A stretch of 64,000 bases of DNA from Rhynchobatus australiae (Eukaryota), in the NCBI GenBank assembly GCA_034780895.1, contig JAUZTB010000107.1, positions 94,734,025 to 94,798,024 on the forward strand. Reading direction: 5' to 3'. Under the pieces are notes generated by a model. It did not search any database. It was not told the DNA's origin and saw only the letters and a program-made list of their open reading frames with translations. Shown one piece after another: positions 35,401 to 49,580 of this stretch. The stretch's first letter is position 1; every line of letters begins with the position of its first letter. Made by a program: the position numbers and the translations under genes.

Positions 35401-38234
35401 TAAGAGGAATGCAATGCATCCTTGTTCAGTTTTATGCAAGTTGAATGATGGGAACCTGCAGAACATGAGACATTGCTTCCTCGATACTATTAATTGCCAA
35501 TAATTCAGTTTTTGACTGGTTTACTATAGAATTATAGTTGTCATAATGAAATCAAGAAAACAAAACTTGTCCTTTATTCCACTTGGGAGTCCTTCCCAAA
35601 AAAGTTAGAATGATGCCTTTGTATGGAATATTTAATATGGTACAATTATTTCACTTACATTAATATTGGAAGGAACAAGTTTAAACTCTCTGTACAATGG
35701 TGGCATTTGGAATCACTTTAGGTAAAAAGTGCTAATACAAAACTAACATCTGTAAATATAGCTTTGAAGTTGTTGGATTGAGTTGAACCCTGCTGTCTTC
35801 CACCCATTTGGTTTAAGTGTGACACCAGTCCCACACAGGTGTCCATCAGCGTAAGCCATTTGGCCTTGATGACTGCTGCAGACTTCAGTATTGTAAGCCT
35901 ATCAGTAGTATCAAACTACTATTGGCATTTAAAGTTAATGCAGATGAAATTTAATAAATGGTGAAGGAAGATTTAATCATGGCTCTCAAAGAAATTGGAT
36001 CAATATCTGGGGGGAAGAAAACACAGGGTATGGGGTGAAAAGGGACTGGGTGTAGTTGTACTGCTCTTGCAGAGAACTCATATGGATTTGAAGGACTGCC
36101 TTGTACTATTAGCATTCTGATTAAAGGTGGAAGCTAAAGCATAATGGGCAATATATGCAAAGAATGAAAATTATAACTGCCAAATAGGGTGCAAGAATGT
36201 TTAAATCTTGTTCTTAGTATTATTGTTTATCTACCCAGTCAGCTAAAATGTTCTGAACTTAACTAACCCTTCGCATTCAAGTGTTTTTGAACAGTATGCA
36301 GCAAAAAGATTTAGGTACTGCCTTTGCAAAGTGGTTGTCTTGTCATTGGAGATAAATGACAGACTATATTTTGTTTGAACATTAAAATATTTGTTGACAA
36401 TTAACTAGTGCTACAGAAATTGCTGGTAATTTGGCTTTGGATAATTTTCTAGAGCAATATGTAACCTTTCAATCGGGCAGCTGTGACCAGTATGTATTTA
36501 AAATATTGTGCAGTATCTGAGACCTTGTACAGCTAATTGTTTAATTGATTAAAGGCACAGCATAATGTGTTGGCACACAGGCTAGATTGTTTCTTGTCTT
36601 ATTAGAACTGAAGTATCCAGTGACCTGAGTACGTAGATGGGGATGAAAATTTAACCCCATACCTTTCCTTTATGGTCCAGTTGTCAGCCAGCACATCTGA
36701 AATATCTGGAGCTAGTACCTTTTGAAACCATGCCCCCAGTGATTTGAGCCTTACAATTCAAGTTGCATTTCTGCTACTTCATACCTGAAACTAAAACTAC
36801 TATTCCTGATGATGCTACGTTAAGAATCCCCTGGCAAACTAGCAAAGGATTTGTCCAGATTAGTTACTATACTGGAGTTGTGAAAGTGATTATTTGTGGT
36901 TTGATTCTTGGTTCTATGCTGTATTGCGTAGCAATTAATTTCAGCTGGCTTTGTATTCGCCTTAAATTAAATACAAGCTTGATTTTGGATATTATGGTCA
37001 TAATCTAATATTTCCATATTTGACTAAACTTGAGAGATTTGGAAGAATAAAATTACTTGTGCATGGGAAATAGAACTTGCATATTCTGTCTAGCTGAATG
37101 TCCATGGAATGTTGGTTGCTGTAGGCAGTGGTGATTTGAATTTTGTGCCTTTTATTTAGGTTTCTTATTAAAACCTTAAATAGTAAAAGGATGAAATTTT
37201 TTATATGTAAAAGGACGTTCCTGGTTTGGCATTTCTGAAGTTAGTGGGGATACGTGAAGGAAAGGTGATCAGTGTACATTGGGAATTAGTATATATTTTG
37301 AGAAGGTTGCCTGGTTCTAATGCTCAATGGTCAATACTTGCAGTTAACCTAACTTTAACTGTTAATTGGGCACTACTTAACTGAAAAGTTAACCTGTTTT
37401 GAAGTTGAGTTCAGTTGAAATCTATTTTGGCACTGTGGATGAAGTTTTAAAATTGTGAAGCTTAATCTTTTAAGAAAATCCATGCTTTTGGTAATCTGCA
37501 AATCCTGAGAGGCCTTCATGAAGTCATGATTAAGAGTCTATAGAAATCGAGCTAATTTATCGGTTCCAAAAACAGCAAATCCAGGCTTCAGATAAAATTT
37601 TAGATGTGATGCTATTTTCAGTGTGCATCCTAATAAATCCCCATCAACCAACCTCTTAAGTATGTAATAATCAGACAAAGGTCTTATTGTAGACAAGGCC
37701 TGGATTTAGTTTACAGCGTAAATGAGTTTAGGATGCACACAACTATGGAAGTATTATGTGACACATTCAGCAGTGGATTTTTTGCCACGTGCTCTATGTA
37801 TTGGGAAATATTTCCAGCTAAACCTGATTGTTGAGAAACAGATGTTTTCAGCAGAGGCCATTTTTTTTTATCCCCTCACCTCTTTCAGTTTTCTTCATGA
37901 AGAGCTAGTAGATCAAAATGGCAAATTAGTGGAAACAATCTGGTCTTCAACCTGAAACAGTAATTCTGTTGTTCTTTCCATAGATACTGCCTGACTGGCT
38001 GAGTGTTTCCAGCATTTACTACTACTATTGAGGTTTCCAACAAATGCATTTTTTAAAAACTTTCATATAAGCAGGCACCAGGTGGTGCATGCTATGTTTG
38101 TACAATGATCATGTGAATTTTTGTTCTTTACATTCTGATCTTCTCTCTTCACCATACCACCTGAGCTATCCAGTGTTAAGCTTTGCAATCTTTCCATTAT
38201 GATTCATTGAGTCATCCTTGATGTCTTTTTCTCA

Positions 38235-40030
38235 AAAGCAAAATACTGCAGCTATGGGGAAAATGTATTAAGCCAGCTAGGTAGTATCTATGCAGTGAAA
38301 CGGTTAATATTCAGGTTGTTAATCCTTGACCAGTACCTGGGTGGATGGGGAGGGGGGAGCATAATTTGAGTGGTAGAAGAGGAAAATAGGGGATTTATTG
38401 CAGGTTGGAAGGCATGAAAAATTAAATTCTTACAGATATAATGGTGCAAGGTAGATTAGGATATTGTGAGAAAGGAAACGGAACCCAGAAACATTTAAAA
38501 GGAATAAAGTTGTTATCTGAAATTTGTTGAACTCCTGAATCAGAAAGGTGGCAAAGTGCTTTGTCAGAAGAGGTTATTGAATGTATTGAGTTTCTTCAGA
38601 ACAAAGTCAAAGTTAAGTTTATTGTCATATACACAAGTACATCTATGCACAAGTGCAATGAAAATCTTAACTGCAGCAGCATTACAGGTACATTGCATCA
38701 TATAAGCAACGTTCACAAGAAAAACACACTAAACAGTTTTTGCAAGAAAGGACACAAGTATACCAAATGAAGTCCATTTTAGTGCAAATTGATCGGAGAG
38801 ACTACAGTGCTGCTAAACTGTAGTGATTGGGGTTGTGCCAGTTGGTTCAAGAACCAAATGGTTGAAGGGAAATAGCTTTGAACCTGGTGGTGTGGGACTT
38901 CAGGCTTCTGTACTTTCTGCCTGACGGTAGCTGCGAGAAGATGGCATGGTTTGGATGGTGGGAATCTTTGGATGTTGCTTTCTTGAGGCAACGCCTCCTA
39001 TAGATATGACTGATGGTAGGGAAAGATCTGCCCATGATGTATTGGACTGAGTCCACTACCCTCTACGGTTTGTGTTTCTGCACATTTGAATTGCCATATC
39101 AGACCACGATGCAACCAGTCAGGATACTTTCAACCGTGGATCTGTAGAAATTTGTTAGTGTTCAGTGACAGGCTTAACCTTCTAAGAAAGTAAAGATGCT
39201 GCTGTGCCTTCCTTGTGATTGCATCTATGTGCTGGGCCCAGGACAGGTCATCCAGTGTGTTAATGCCCAGGAATTTAAAGCTACAGACTTTTCACTGCCG
39301 ATTTTTTTCTGAGCAAGAAGTTGTTGTGGTATCACTCCATTGCATGTCCTATCACACTTCGGTATGCTGACTAACCACCACCTGTGATTCGGCCAACAAC
39401 AGTAGTGTTAGCCACACAGTATATAAGATGGACCAAAAGAGTAGGAATGGGACACAAATAATACAGCAAGCAACTGAAAGTTGAGAGTTACACTTGTGGA
39501 CTAAAGATGTGGTCTGCAAAGTGATCAATCTACTTTTCTTATCCTTATTGTAGAGAAGAATGCGTTGTGAGAAACAAAGACAACACATTAAATTGAAAAC
39601 AGTGTAATTAACCTGGGGAAAATGTTTGAAAAGGGAGGAAGTTAAGTAGTAGGAGGTTTCAATGTGCTTGCAAGGGAAGGCGACGTAAGTGTTAGTGCTG
39701 GTGGGGAACTGGTGATTGAGGAGGCCCGTAGAGTCTTTTGTGTTGAGAAGGGTGGCATTGTGGACATGTTTGGCATGCTATTCCATTAAATGAAAGCTGG
39801 TTGAGTCAAAGATGAGTAGAGGAATTGGCATGGAGGTTTGGAGATCAGAAATGGAAGAAATCAATAAAAGGCTCCATCCACTATGATTGCAGAAGATGCT
39901 TCGAGTGACCTCCCGTTTTCCCCTGTTACGTCACATTGCAGGGGGATGTGGGTGTATTTGAAGTCACTATGGAAGTTATTGGGCCTATTATGAAATTTGG
40001 CTGACAGCTTATCCTCAGAGATGTAGGTAA
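38235..40030 (-). mobile_element. Decayed Penelope-like element (RT end and GIY-YIG remnants), interrupted by a Rex1-like LINE
   Basis: Minus strand: ISEDKLSAKFHNRPNNFHSD (cf. ISGDRLSTDI.YKPTDSHSY), CFSQRILLYNKDKKSRL..FADHI (cf. CSQCGLLYIGETKRRLGDRFAEHL), C-terminus ...EFNKFQ near 38520. Confidence 0.6.
38600..39420 (-). mobile_element. Rex1/Babar-like LINE 3' part, nested in the Penelope element
   Basis: MDSVQYIMGRSFPTISHIYRRRCLKKA...KDSHHPNHAIFSQLPSGRKYRSLKSHTTRF. Same family as 22975-23790. Confidence 0.82.
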
Positions 40031-40559
40031 AGTTGAGTTTCCCTGGAGATCAGTAACTGATCAATATCTGAGTCAAATGACTTCCACAGCTATTTGGTCT
40101 ACACCATCTGTAAGGACTCTTTGTACTGCATTAACCAACAAATGCTATGCACTGGATTCCCCTCCACCATGGTAGTGACGCCATGGAGTCCTTACATGTT
40201 CAAAATGATAATTGAAGTTCCCCTTGTTTTTCCACTCTGCCAGCCTCCACATAAATCGGAAAACATTTTTCTCTTCCAATATTCCCAAGGAACTGTACCC
40301 AACTGCATCACCTTTTGGTGCAGTAGCCAAATTGCAACACCCTTTACAAAATTTCTCACTATTGACTGCCCCAAGCCCACATTTGCTAAGTGAAACAGTA
40401 CATGGAATTTGCCACTCTGTGTGGTCTCTTGCATAGAGAGCAATTGTAAACTTGCTCTTGTTGAAAGTACCTGAGGTGCTCAGTGTTTTCCTGGGTACTC
40501 TTCTTCCATCTGCAGCAGTCCTATCAGGGAATCTGACTGGTGAGGATGTTACAATATTT

Positions 40560-40870
40560 TTTTCAAGGAAACCCTGAGAATGTTCACGAATCACTTCCTT
40601 TCACCTAGCAATCTTCTGGCATGTCAGAATTTGGTAGAATGCCTGATTTTTGAGAGTGAGTGCTTTGTTTTGGTGTTTGGCATGGGAGTGATGTGACCCA
40701 TTCATGGACAGCTGAGTGTAATTAGAACATATGGGGATATCAGCCTCTGCAGAGGGCACTGATGTTGGCTTGCTTTTCCTGCCGTAGGACCTAAATGATC
40801 AGTACTTTGAAGTACCTGTAGTAGTAGTCCACATCTCTAAAGTGTACAGGGATCACTGCTGCCCAGTAGA
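40560..40870 (-). mobile_element. Decayed RTE-clade LINE fragment
   Basis: Minus strand LITLSCP*MGHITPMPNTK resembles the RTE motif L...QLRW.GH..RMPD.R. Confidence 0.45.
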
Positions 40871-41052
40871 TCGTGAACTTTGTGTTGAAATATAAACTTT
40901 CTCCACTAAGGTCTAACAAGACAAGTGCTTCCAGTGTTTCTCTCATAAGCTTTTTTGTAATTTGGGGAAAAATTTTCAATTAATTCACTAATGTGGAGCA
41001 AATTTTAAAATAGATTTTCTAAGTCATGACAGGATCATTTGTAGTTCAGAAA

Positions 41053-41454
41053 AGATCAAGATAAGGGAGCAGAAGTAGGCCATTCGGCCCATCGAGTCTG
41101 CTCCAGGGAAAAAGAAATGAGAGAGGAGAAGTGGGGTTGGGGAGGGGAGAGTCAAGAGGAGAGGAAAAAAGAAAAATTTTAACCCCAATTTCCGGCCTTA
41201 TCCCCATATCCCTTGATACCTTGACTAATTAGATATCTGTCCATCTCCTCCTAAATGTCCCCAGTGATTTGGCCTCCACTGCTGTACGTGGCAAGGAATT
41301 CCATAAATTCACTACCCTCTGGCTGAAAAAATTTCTCCTAATCTCTGTTCTAAACCTGTACCCTCTAATTCTAAGACTGTGCCCTCTGGTCCTGGACTCA
41401 CCCACCAAGGGAAACAGCTTGGCTGCATCCACTCTGTCTATTCCTTTCAACATT
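41053..41454 (-). mobile_element. Young CR1 3' end, copy A
   Basis: MLKGIDRVDAAKLFPLVGESRTRGHSLRIRGYRFRTEIRRNFFSQRVVNLWNSLP, plus tail. Confidence 0.92.
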
Positions 41455-41750
41455 NNNNNNNNNNNNNNNNNNNNNNNNNNNNNNNNNNNNNNNNNNNNNN
41501 NNNNNNNNNNNNNNNNNNNNNNNNNNNNNNNNNNNNNNNNNNNNNNNNNNNNNNATTATTGAGAGACCTCTGTAGTGGAAGAGACTACCAGGTAAACGGG
41601 GGTAAGATTCAATTGCATGCTCTCAGGCCATCTCGAGTAAAAGCAACATTCTCAGTGATCCTAGGAATCACTGGCCCATGATCACTCAAAGTTGAGAAGG
41701 AGCATTTGGAATCAAAGCCGTGCATCGGGAGCATGCAGAAGGCTGGTTCA

Positions 41751-42487
41751 CAAGATCACAAGATAAGGGAGCAGAAGTAGGCCATTCGGCCCATTGAGTC
41801 TGTTCCAGGGAAAAGGGGAAAAAGAAATGAGAAAGGAGGTGAGGGGGAGGGGAGAGAGTCAAGAGGGGAAAAAAGAATTTTAACCCCAATTTCCAGCCTT
41901 ATCCCCAGATCCCTCGATACCTTGACTAATTAGATATCTGTCTATCTCCTCCTTAAATGTCCCCAATAATCTGGCCTCCAGTGCTGTACATGGCAAGGAA
42001 TTCCATAAATTCACAACCCTCTGGCTGAAAAAATTCCTCTTCATCTCTGTTTTAAACCTGTACCCTCCAATTCTAAGATTGTGCCCTCTGGTCCTGGACT
42101 CACCCACTAAGGGAAACAGCTTGGCCGCATCCACTCTGTCTATTGCTTTCAACATTTTAAATGTTTCTATGAGGTCCCCTCTCATCCTTCTGTACTCCAG
42201 TGAGTACAGACCAAGAGCCAACAAACGCTCATCATATTGTAAGCCCTTTCATTCCGGGAACCATCCTTGTGAATCTCCTCTGAACCCTCTCCAACAACAG
42301 GACATCCTTCCTAAGATATGGGGCCTGGAACTGCACACAGTATTCCAAATGAGGCCTCACCAGTGCCCTGTAGAGCCTCATCAATACTTCCTTACTTTTA
42401 AACACTATACCTCTTGAAATGAATGCCAACATGGCATTCTCTTTCCTTACCACTGATCCGATCTGGTGCCTAACCTTTAGGGTATCC
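41751..42487 (-). mobile_element. Young CR1 3' end, copy B
   Basis: LYRALVRPHLEYCVQF...LGLYSLEYRRMRGDLIETFK...RNFFSQRVVNLWNSLP, plus tail. Confidence 0.92.
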
Positions 42488-44149
42488 AAAGTCATTCTGC
42501 ATCATATGCTATGTCTAAAAAAAAAATTGGTATAGCAGATAAAATATGTGATGGCATGGGGGGTAGATCCAGTTTGGCTGCCTTGCTCATGCTTGGGACT
42601 CTGGACTTTAATCTCAATAAAATTTTACACACGCTTCCATAGTTCAAAAGTAATCATACAAACTTTAAAATATTTACTCATCTTTGAATCTCTTTTACCT
42701 GGCTCATTGTTCTCAGACTTTTGTTGCCCCCAAGTCCCACAGTGCTTTTAATAGTCTTAGTCCATGTATTAATTTTGAATAATTTTTGGTTTTTAAGTGT
42801 GAGATGCTAAGATTATAAGCTTGTATTGGGACAGAAATTGAACTTCCAAAGTATGATGAGTCAATAATGAAGTGACATCATAAAGCATCTTTAATTTTCT
42901 TAGGTTGAAAATACAAAAGGAATGGATGATGATGTGATTGTAATAGGCTTGGTAGACAGCAGAGTGCTCTCCCAATGGCTACTGGGAATAGAGCAGGAAT
43001 AGTGAATAGAATCTTATTGTATGTCCTAATAATTGGGCAAAAATAGTAAAATGTATCCTTTAAGTCTGCACCAGGTTTGTTTACAATTAGAAATCTCAGT
43101 TACTCAACATATGCTGTGTATCTATCTGTTGGGGCTTGGATAATTCATTGATCCTTGGCTTATTTTATACTTTGTTTCAGCAAATGAAAGAGCAGAGTTG
43201 TAATTATCATAACTGTCATCCTTTCTGCTTTCCTTTCTAATGTCATCTTGGAAAAGAGAGGGTGACCCATCCAAAATGTGATACCCATCTGAGGTAGTTG
43301 TACATGAGATGTATAGTCATTGAGGATACCTAGTTGTTCTTTGAACGTCATTGCTGTTTTCTATTTCAGTTCGTCACCAACTAGTGTCTATTTCATGAAA
43401 CATTTTGACAATGTATTTCTTGAATATTTTGTATTTATGTGTTTAATAAGGAAATGTGTATTGGATGGAACTTGGATGCAACTTGGATGCATTGTTCAAG
43501 CATGATTTGATTTAAAACTGCTACTTGGTCAATGTCATTTGCAGAGATAATTGAAGACTGGCTTTAATTTCTCAAACTTAATTTGTATTTGTGACAATGT
43601 CTTGCTATCTATCATCATTGATCTAAATTGTGTGTGTGCCTGCTAAAAATTCATGCAGAACCAATGTCTTTGGACTTCAGCACATACTGTGATGAGCTGG
43701 CGGTTGGGCACCCGCTCATCTGATTTGTCTGCTGCACCACAGATGGGTTTTCCCTTGGATCCAGCAATCAGCGGTGACAGGGCCTGGATGCACTTCATTG
43801 GGTGGGGCAGGTGTAGGTACCCAACCGTATGTGTGTAAGGTTGTGGGGGTGTGTGTGGAATGACATTTTTTGATTTTTTTTAAATCACTTTCATTTCAAC
43901 TATTTAAAGCTATCAGACATTTAGAAAAAAAAATGTTCTTAAAGCTTTTGACAATGAGTTCTCAGCACATTCCAGGAGCAAGGCTGAGGCTTTGTATCCA
44001 CTGAGGACTTGTCACACCTTGCTTCCCAACATCAGGAGGCCCAGCGTGATTATACCCATGCATGTATACAAGGATAGTATCAAACTGCAGGAAATAAATT
44101 GAGCATTGTTCAGACAACTGAATAGTGAGCCATAAAATTTTGAGCCTGC

Positions 44150-44752
44150 ATAGAATCATAGAACTGTACACCACGTAAAACAGGCCCTCTGGCCCAGCTC
44201 ATCCATGCCAGCCAAGTTGCCTAACTGAGCTAGTCCATTTATCAGTGTTTGGCCCATATCCCTCTAAACCTTTATCATTGATGTACCTGTCCAAATGTCT
44301 TAATTGTACTTGCCTCTGCCTCTTCCTCTGGCAGCTTGTTCAAGATGTGCACACCCTGTGGGGGGGGGGGGGGTGGGAGTTGACCCCTCAGGTACCTATT
44401 AAATTTTTCCCTTCTCACTTTAAACTTGTGTCCATTTGTTTACCATGGAGAAAAGATTGTGGCTATTCACCTTATCTGTGCCTTCATTTTATAAACCTCT
44501 GTAAGGTCACCTCACAGCCTCCTGTGCTCCAGGGCAAAAGGTCCTAGCCTATCCAGCCTCTCCTTGTAACTCAAAACCTTCAATCCTGATAACATCTGCG
44601 TAAATCTTATTTGTACCCTTTGCAGTTTAATGACATCCTTCCTGTAGCAGGGTGACCAGAACTGTACACAGTACTCCAAATGTGGCCTTACCAATGTCTT
44701 GTACAGCTGTAACATGACATCCCAACTCTTGTACTCAGTATCTTGACTGATG
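44150..44752 (-). mobile_element. CR1 3' end (different subfamily)
   Basis: MLQLYKTLVRPHLEYCVQFWSPCYRKDVIKLQRVQ; catagaatcatagaa tail repeat. Confidence 0.88.
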
Positions 44753-45878
44753 CATGTGTTCTTGTTGATGCTTTAGTAACTTTACAACCAAACAAACTAA
44801 AACTAAAAATAAAAAAATTCTTGAACTTATTCCAGAACAAAATATAGTGCTAGAAGTGTTTGTGGGATTAATTGTAAAGGAACATCAGTTTTTGGGTGTG
44901 TCTCTTTGATACCCGAAGAGCTTTATTTCTTTAAATATTCCTTTTACCTTTTTTAATCCCTCCTGAAGCAAAAGAAGTTGCTATTCTTTTAGGATGCTTC
45001 CCATTCATTACAGGCAGCAATATATGGGGTTTAATTTCTTCCCTCACCTGGAGGAATCTGCAATGGTAAAATCAGTTATTCAACTCTAGTGAACATTTCC
45101 AATTATGCCAATAAAAGTCTCTTAATCCTGTCAATTAGCATTTAAAAACTTCTGGTAATGATGGGTCCTTAATCACCATTTTAAGCCATAACCACTATTG
45201 CATTTGTGTTGTTTACCTTGATTATCTATTGTAAAGGTTAATGAACTTTGCTGATTCTGAGTTGGGTCCCATGAATGACCTCTGCAACTGGGATGACTTT
45301 TACTGCAACAGAGAGTTAGCACTATGCCCATTTCTTTCTCTTACTCAGTGAACACTGGTCTTCATCAGGAGCACAAAATGAATGCCTTTCGGATATTAGC
45401 AGCATTATTTCACACCATGCATGACCAGTTTAATCTCCCAATGGGCCAAGATTTTTTTGTTCATGCTACTTAAATCAGATAATAGTATAAATTGTAGGAG
45501 GACAAGTCAAGTGAAGAAATTTGAAAATAAGATGGCTGATGACTTGCCCTTGACTCGAGTAGGTTGAGTTTGTTTACTAAACCAAAATTTGTGCAATCTT
45601 AGTTTGATTCTGTAGCATTTTAACCTCTCCAGTCTCTGAAATTTTCAACTTTTAGACTTTAATCTCACGACACACACCTTGATGAAGTTGATTTGTCTTT
45701 TGTCTTTTTTTAAAAAAAGATTAAGATGCACATTGGCAGTTTTTGTAATGAGAACCAGAAATAATCAAGCTGCATGACAATTACTTCTGAATGCCAAGTC
45801 ACTTGTACTCTTGTCTTAAATTCTTCTAGACTCCACTTATCCTTCACTATACAAAGTTCAAACATCAAACCCAGGTGA

Positions 45879-46145
45879 GGACAGGTACAGTAGTGTAGTG
45901 GTTAGCGTAATGCTATTACAACACCAGCGACCCAGGTTCAATTCCAGCCTCTGTCTGTAAGGAGTTTGTACGTTCTTCCCATGAATGTGTGGGCTTCCTC
46001 CCACATTCCAAACACGTAGGGTTAGGAGCTGTGGGCATGTTATGTTGGTGCCAGAAGCATGGTGACACTTGCGGACTACCCCCAGAACATTCTAAGCAAA
46101 GATACATTTCATTGTGTATTTTGATGTATGTGTCACTAATTAAAG
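45879..46145 (+). mobile_element. V-SINE (internally deleted)
   Basis: Head, partial V-domain and tail homologous to 14437-14741. Confidence 0.85.
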
Positions 46146-47232
46146 AAAGATCTTAATTCCTAAATACTGCAAGTTGGCAATGGTAACATTTTTGTCAAAG
46201 TTGTCCTTAAAATGTATTTGATAAATGAAACTCTGAAAGAAAACTTCATTTACATGATTTAAATCATTCACAACTCGATAAAACTTGGCGATGTTGGTTG
46301 AAGGAGTGAATAAAATATATCATTTGTGTGTATAAAAAGCTACTCCTGAATTAATGCTAAAACTTGGGCTTGGAGGAATCAACTACTTTCTTAGAATCAT
46401 ATAAAATTTGATGCAGGAAATGATCACTGGGTCCACATCTGTAAGCTTTATCCATAGCCCTGCAGGCCAATACACATCCAAATACTGCCTCAAATCTGAT
46501 AACTTCTACCTCCACCACCAGTTAAAGCATTGAATTCCTGAGCTGTGCCATCCTGAGTGAAAATATTTTTCTTCCTCTCTCCTATTATCCTGCTAACTTT
46601 AAATCTGCATATTTTTGGCTTTTGTTTATTTACCCCTTTAAGAATATCCTTGTACTTATTCTCTGAGTCTCTCAATTTTATGTACCTTGCCTCTACCACT
46701 GTTCCTGAGAAAACAGTCCAAGCTGAGGAACAGTTTTCCATTTTTGGCAACATGCAATTAAGTCTCGTCAGAAATCTTAATCGCAAACACTTTCATAATT
46801 GTCTTCATCTGTCTCATCAGTTACAAGAGCTTGCATTTGGGGTTTGAGGGTAGGGTGTGTGGTGGGGATAGTTAGGCAGCCTTTGGTCTCCAAATGCCAT
46901 TTCAGCCTTGCCTATTGTCATGAGTGTGAATCTTGGTGCACAAAACAGACGACAGATTCAATGACTCTTCCATTAGAACCACAAGTTTAACTATCAACTT
47001 TAAGCAGGGAAGAATTTTTCCTTTTTTTCTCCAAGCTTTACTTGTGTCCATGGGATCAACATACCCACTTTTATGCTCTAAGAAACATCAATTCATATTT
47101 GAAATGTATAATCTTGAGTTTCATAGAACGAAGCAAACTGGGGCCACTGGCACTTTGAAGTGAAAACAGTAGACATTTCAGTTCAAGTAAGGATCATCTG
47201 GACTGGTATTAAACAGTGTTATAGCAATGTTT

Positions 47233-47410
47233 GGAGATATAAGACTGCAGATGCTGAAATCTGGAGCAGCACACAAAAAGGTGGAGGAACTGTCAGGCAG
47301 CATCTATGGAGAGAAATGGACAGTAAACATTTTGGGTTGAGACCCTCCATCTGGACAGGTCTGGTTGAAGGGTCTTGACCCAAAATGTCGACTGTCCATT
47401 TCCTTTCCAG
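47233..47410. repeat. Palindromic Penelope-associated (MER6-like) repeat
   Basis: aaatggacagtaaacattttgggttgagaccctc and gaagggtcttgacccaaaatgtcgactgtccattt form inverted arms. Homologous to 8326-8660. Confidence 0.75.
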
Positions 47411-48559
47411 CTTCTTGTGTTGTAATAGCACTGCTTACCTGTTGCATGCCTTTTGATAATTCCATCTCTTCATTTACTTGCTCAATTGGCAATCAAAAGT
47501 GTGAATGACTGGTTAAAAAGAGGTGAGCAAATTTAAAGGTAAATTCAAAGAAAATATACGACTGCAGCCTTATGCAGAGCCATCACCATACAGCATGTTT
47601 GAATTGCACTTTTATAAGTGTGGAAGTTGGACTAATCAAAGTTCCTGCTGGTGCTCTTGGTCTGACTTTTACCTTAGGAAACTGGAATTGGAATTGAAAC
47701 ATCACCTGTTGACTCCTGCAAGGCTGAGGTGATGTATGCTTTCTCTTTAGATTTGCATTTGATAAGTCTGTTTCCTATTGATAAACCTACTGTGTTGCAT
47801 TGGAAGTTCTCCTCTTCCACATCTTGATGTGGCCCTAAGGTGCTTGTTAGGTACCAAACATTTTGGGAACCTCATCTTTGGAGGAAAAGTTGACAGGTGT
47901 AGTGATTTTATTTAACTCTGTGCAGACTCGCAAGCTACGTTGTGCATATAACAAGGTATCAACTACGAACTAATTCAGATTACTAGGGAATTAATTATTT
48001 AATCTCACTTTTTGACAGTGTACTTTCAGTTTCTCTAAAACTACCTGTAGGTTTCTAAGTGTATGGAGGACTTGTTGCACTATATAACATCCTAAACTTG
48101 TGTTTTCTATAATCCCATGTTGAAGATTTTGATTGAAACTTATAGGATTCAAGTATGTTATTGGTGCCACTAAATGCTGGTCTTAAATTCCAAGTTCAAG
48201 CAAAGCAAACTCTGTCATCTTGTGCTATTGAGATTTTTATTTCTTGATTCATTTTCATTAGTTACACAGCTGATGCTCATGGAGCCTGACCAATGCCCAA
48301 TTCCTGTTCTTTTGGCTTTAGATATTTATAAGGGCCTAGGCAACAAAAAAATGTGGTATTAGAAAAATGTAATGATCCGAGGGGGTGGGGGACAGTGATA
48401 ATATCTGCTGGGAATGGATAGTTAAATGTCAAACTTTTTGGGATATTTAGTGCTCAGCTTTGTTCACCCTGCAGCCATATTACTGTAATAGCCATTAGAT
48501 CATACTCATTTTAAACTTGCTCTGTTAATTCAGTCACATTGTTGGGATTTTACTTACTC

Positions 48560-49580
48560 AACCCTATTTGTTGGGTGCTTTGTTCCTCTGTTTTATTTTG
48601 CTTGCTACGCTTCCACTTCTTTTCCTGACGCCTTTTGGGTTCTCGTACCCCTGCCAGGCAATTTTGAGCCCTTACCAAAAGTACCAGCAAACCTTGGCTT
48701 CAAGCGTATTGTTCCTGGTCTTGTCCTATGCAGGTCCCTCCTATCCCAGAAATGGTCCTAAAGTCTTGAATCTGAAACTCTTGTTCCTGCACCCCTTCTC
48801 AAGCTGTGCATTCATTTATTCTAGTCTCTAATTCCTGTACTTATTATCAAGTGGCATTGCAACTAGTCTTGAGATTATTCCCTTTCAAAGTGCTGCTTTC
48901 CCTCCATCCCCCTTCAGCTGCTTTTTCTAAACCTCCCTGGCTCCTTAAATCTGCTTACAGGACCTCGTCCTACCCATATTATTGGTACCAATATGGACCA
49001 TAGCTTCTGGTGGTTCTTCTCCCTTCTGGAAGCTCTACAGTCATTCAGTAGTGTCTGTGATTCTGACATCAGGGTAAGACTATACTTTCCTGGAGTTGTC
49101 TACTGCCACAGAAACACCTGTCTGTTTCCCCCTATGAATTGAATGACCTGTCATTATTGCTCTCTTGCCCTTGCTCCTCCTCGCACACCAACTGGGCCAC
49201 CTTCTGTGCAATACTCCTATCTTTGGCTGCATGCCCCTGAGGAGTCATGCCCTTGCCAGTATCCAAATGGGATAATCTGTTACTGAGTGAAGTCAATCCA
49301 GGACTCGTGGATTGCCTATTTGCTCCTTCTGGTCTGCCTGGCAGTCAACTCTTAATCTGCCACGTGGCCATTGCCCTAAATGTACTATCTACAGAGTTGT
49401 CAGTCATATGAATACACTATGGTAACTCTAGCTGCTCTTCAGCTCTGAAAACTGGAGTATAAGCTGCTTAAGCTGGAGGTGATTCCTGTACACATTGTCC
49501 AGGCCATGAAGAGTCCATGACTTTCCATGTGGCCCAGGATGTACTTTCCAATCAGCTGAGCTGACCAGGCATGCCTCATT
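48560..49580 (-). mobile_element. Decayed CR1 5' region (ORF1, SGNH-esterase type)
   Basis: Minus strand MNAQLEKGCRNKSFRF resembles CR1 ORF1 .NAWL..WCR.EGFRF. Many stops. Confidence 0.55.
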
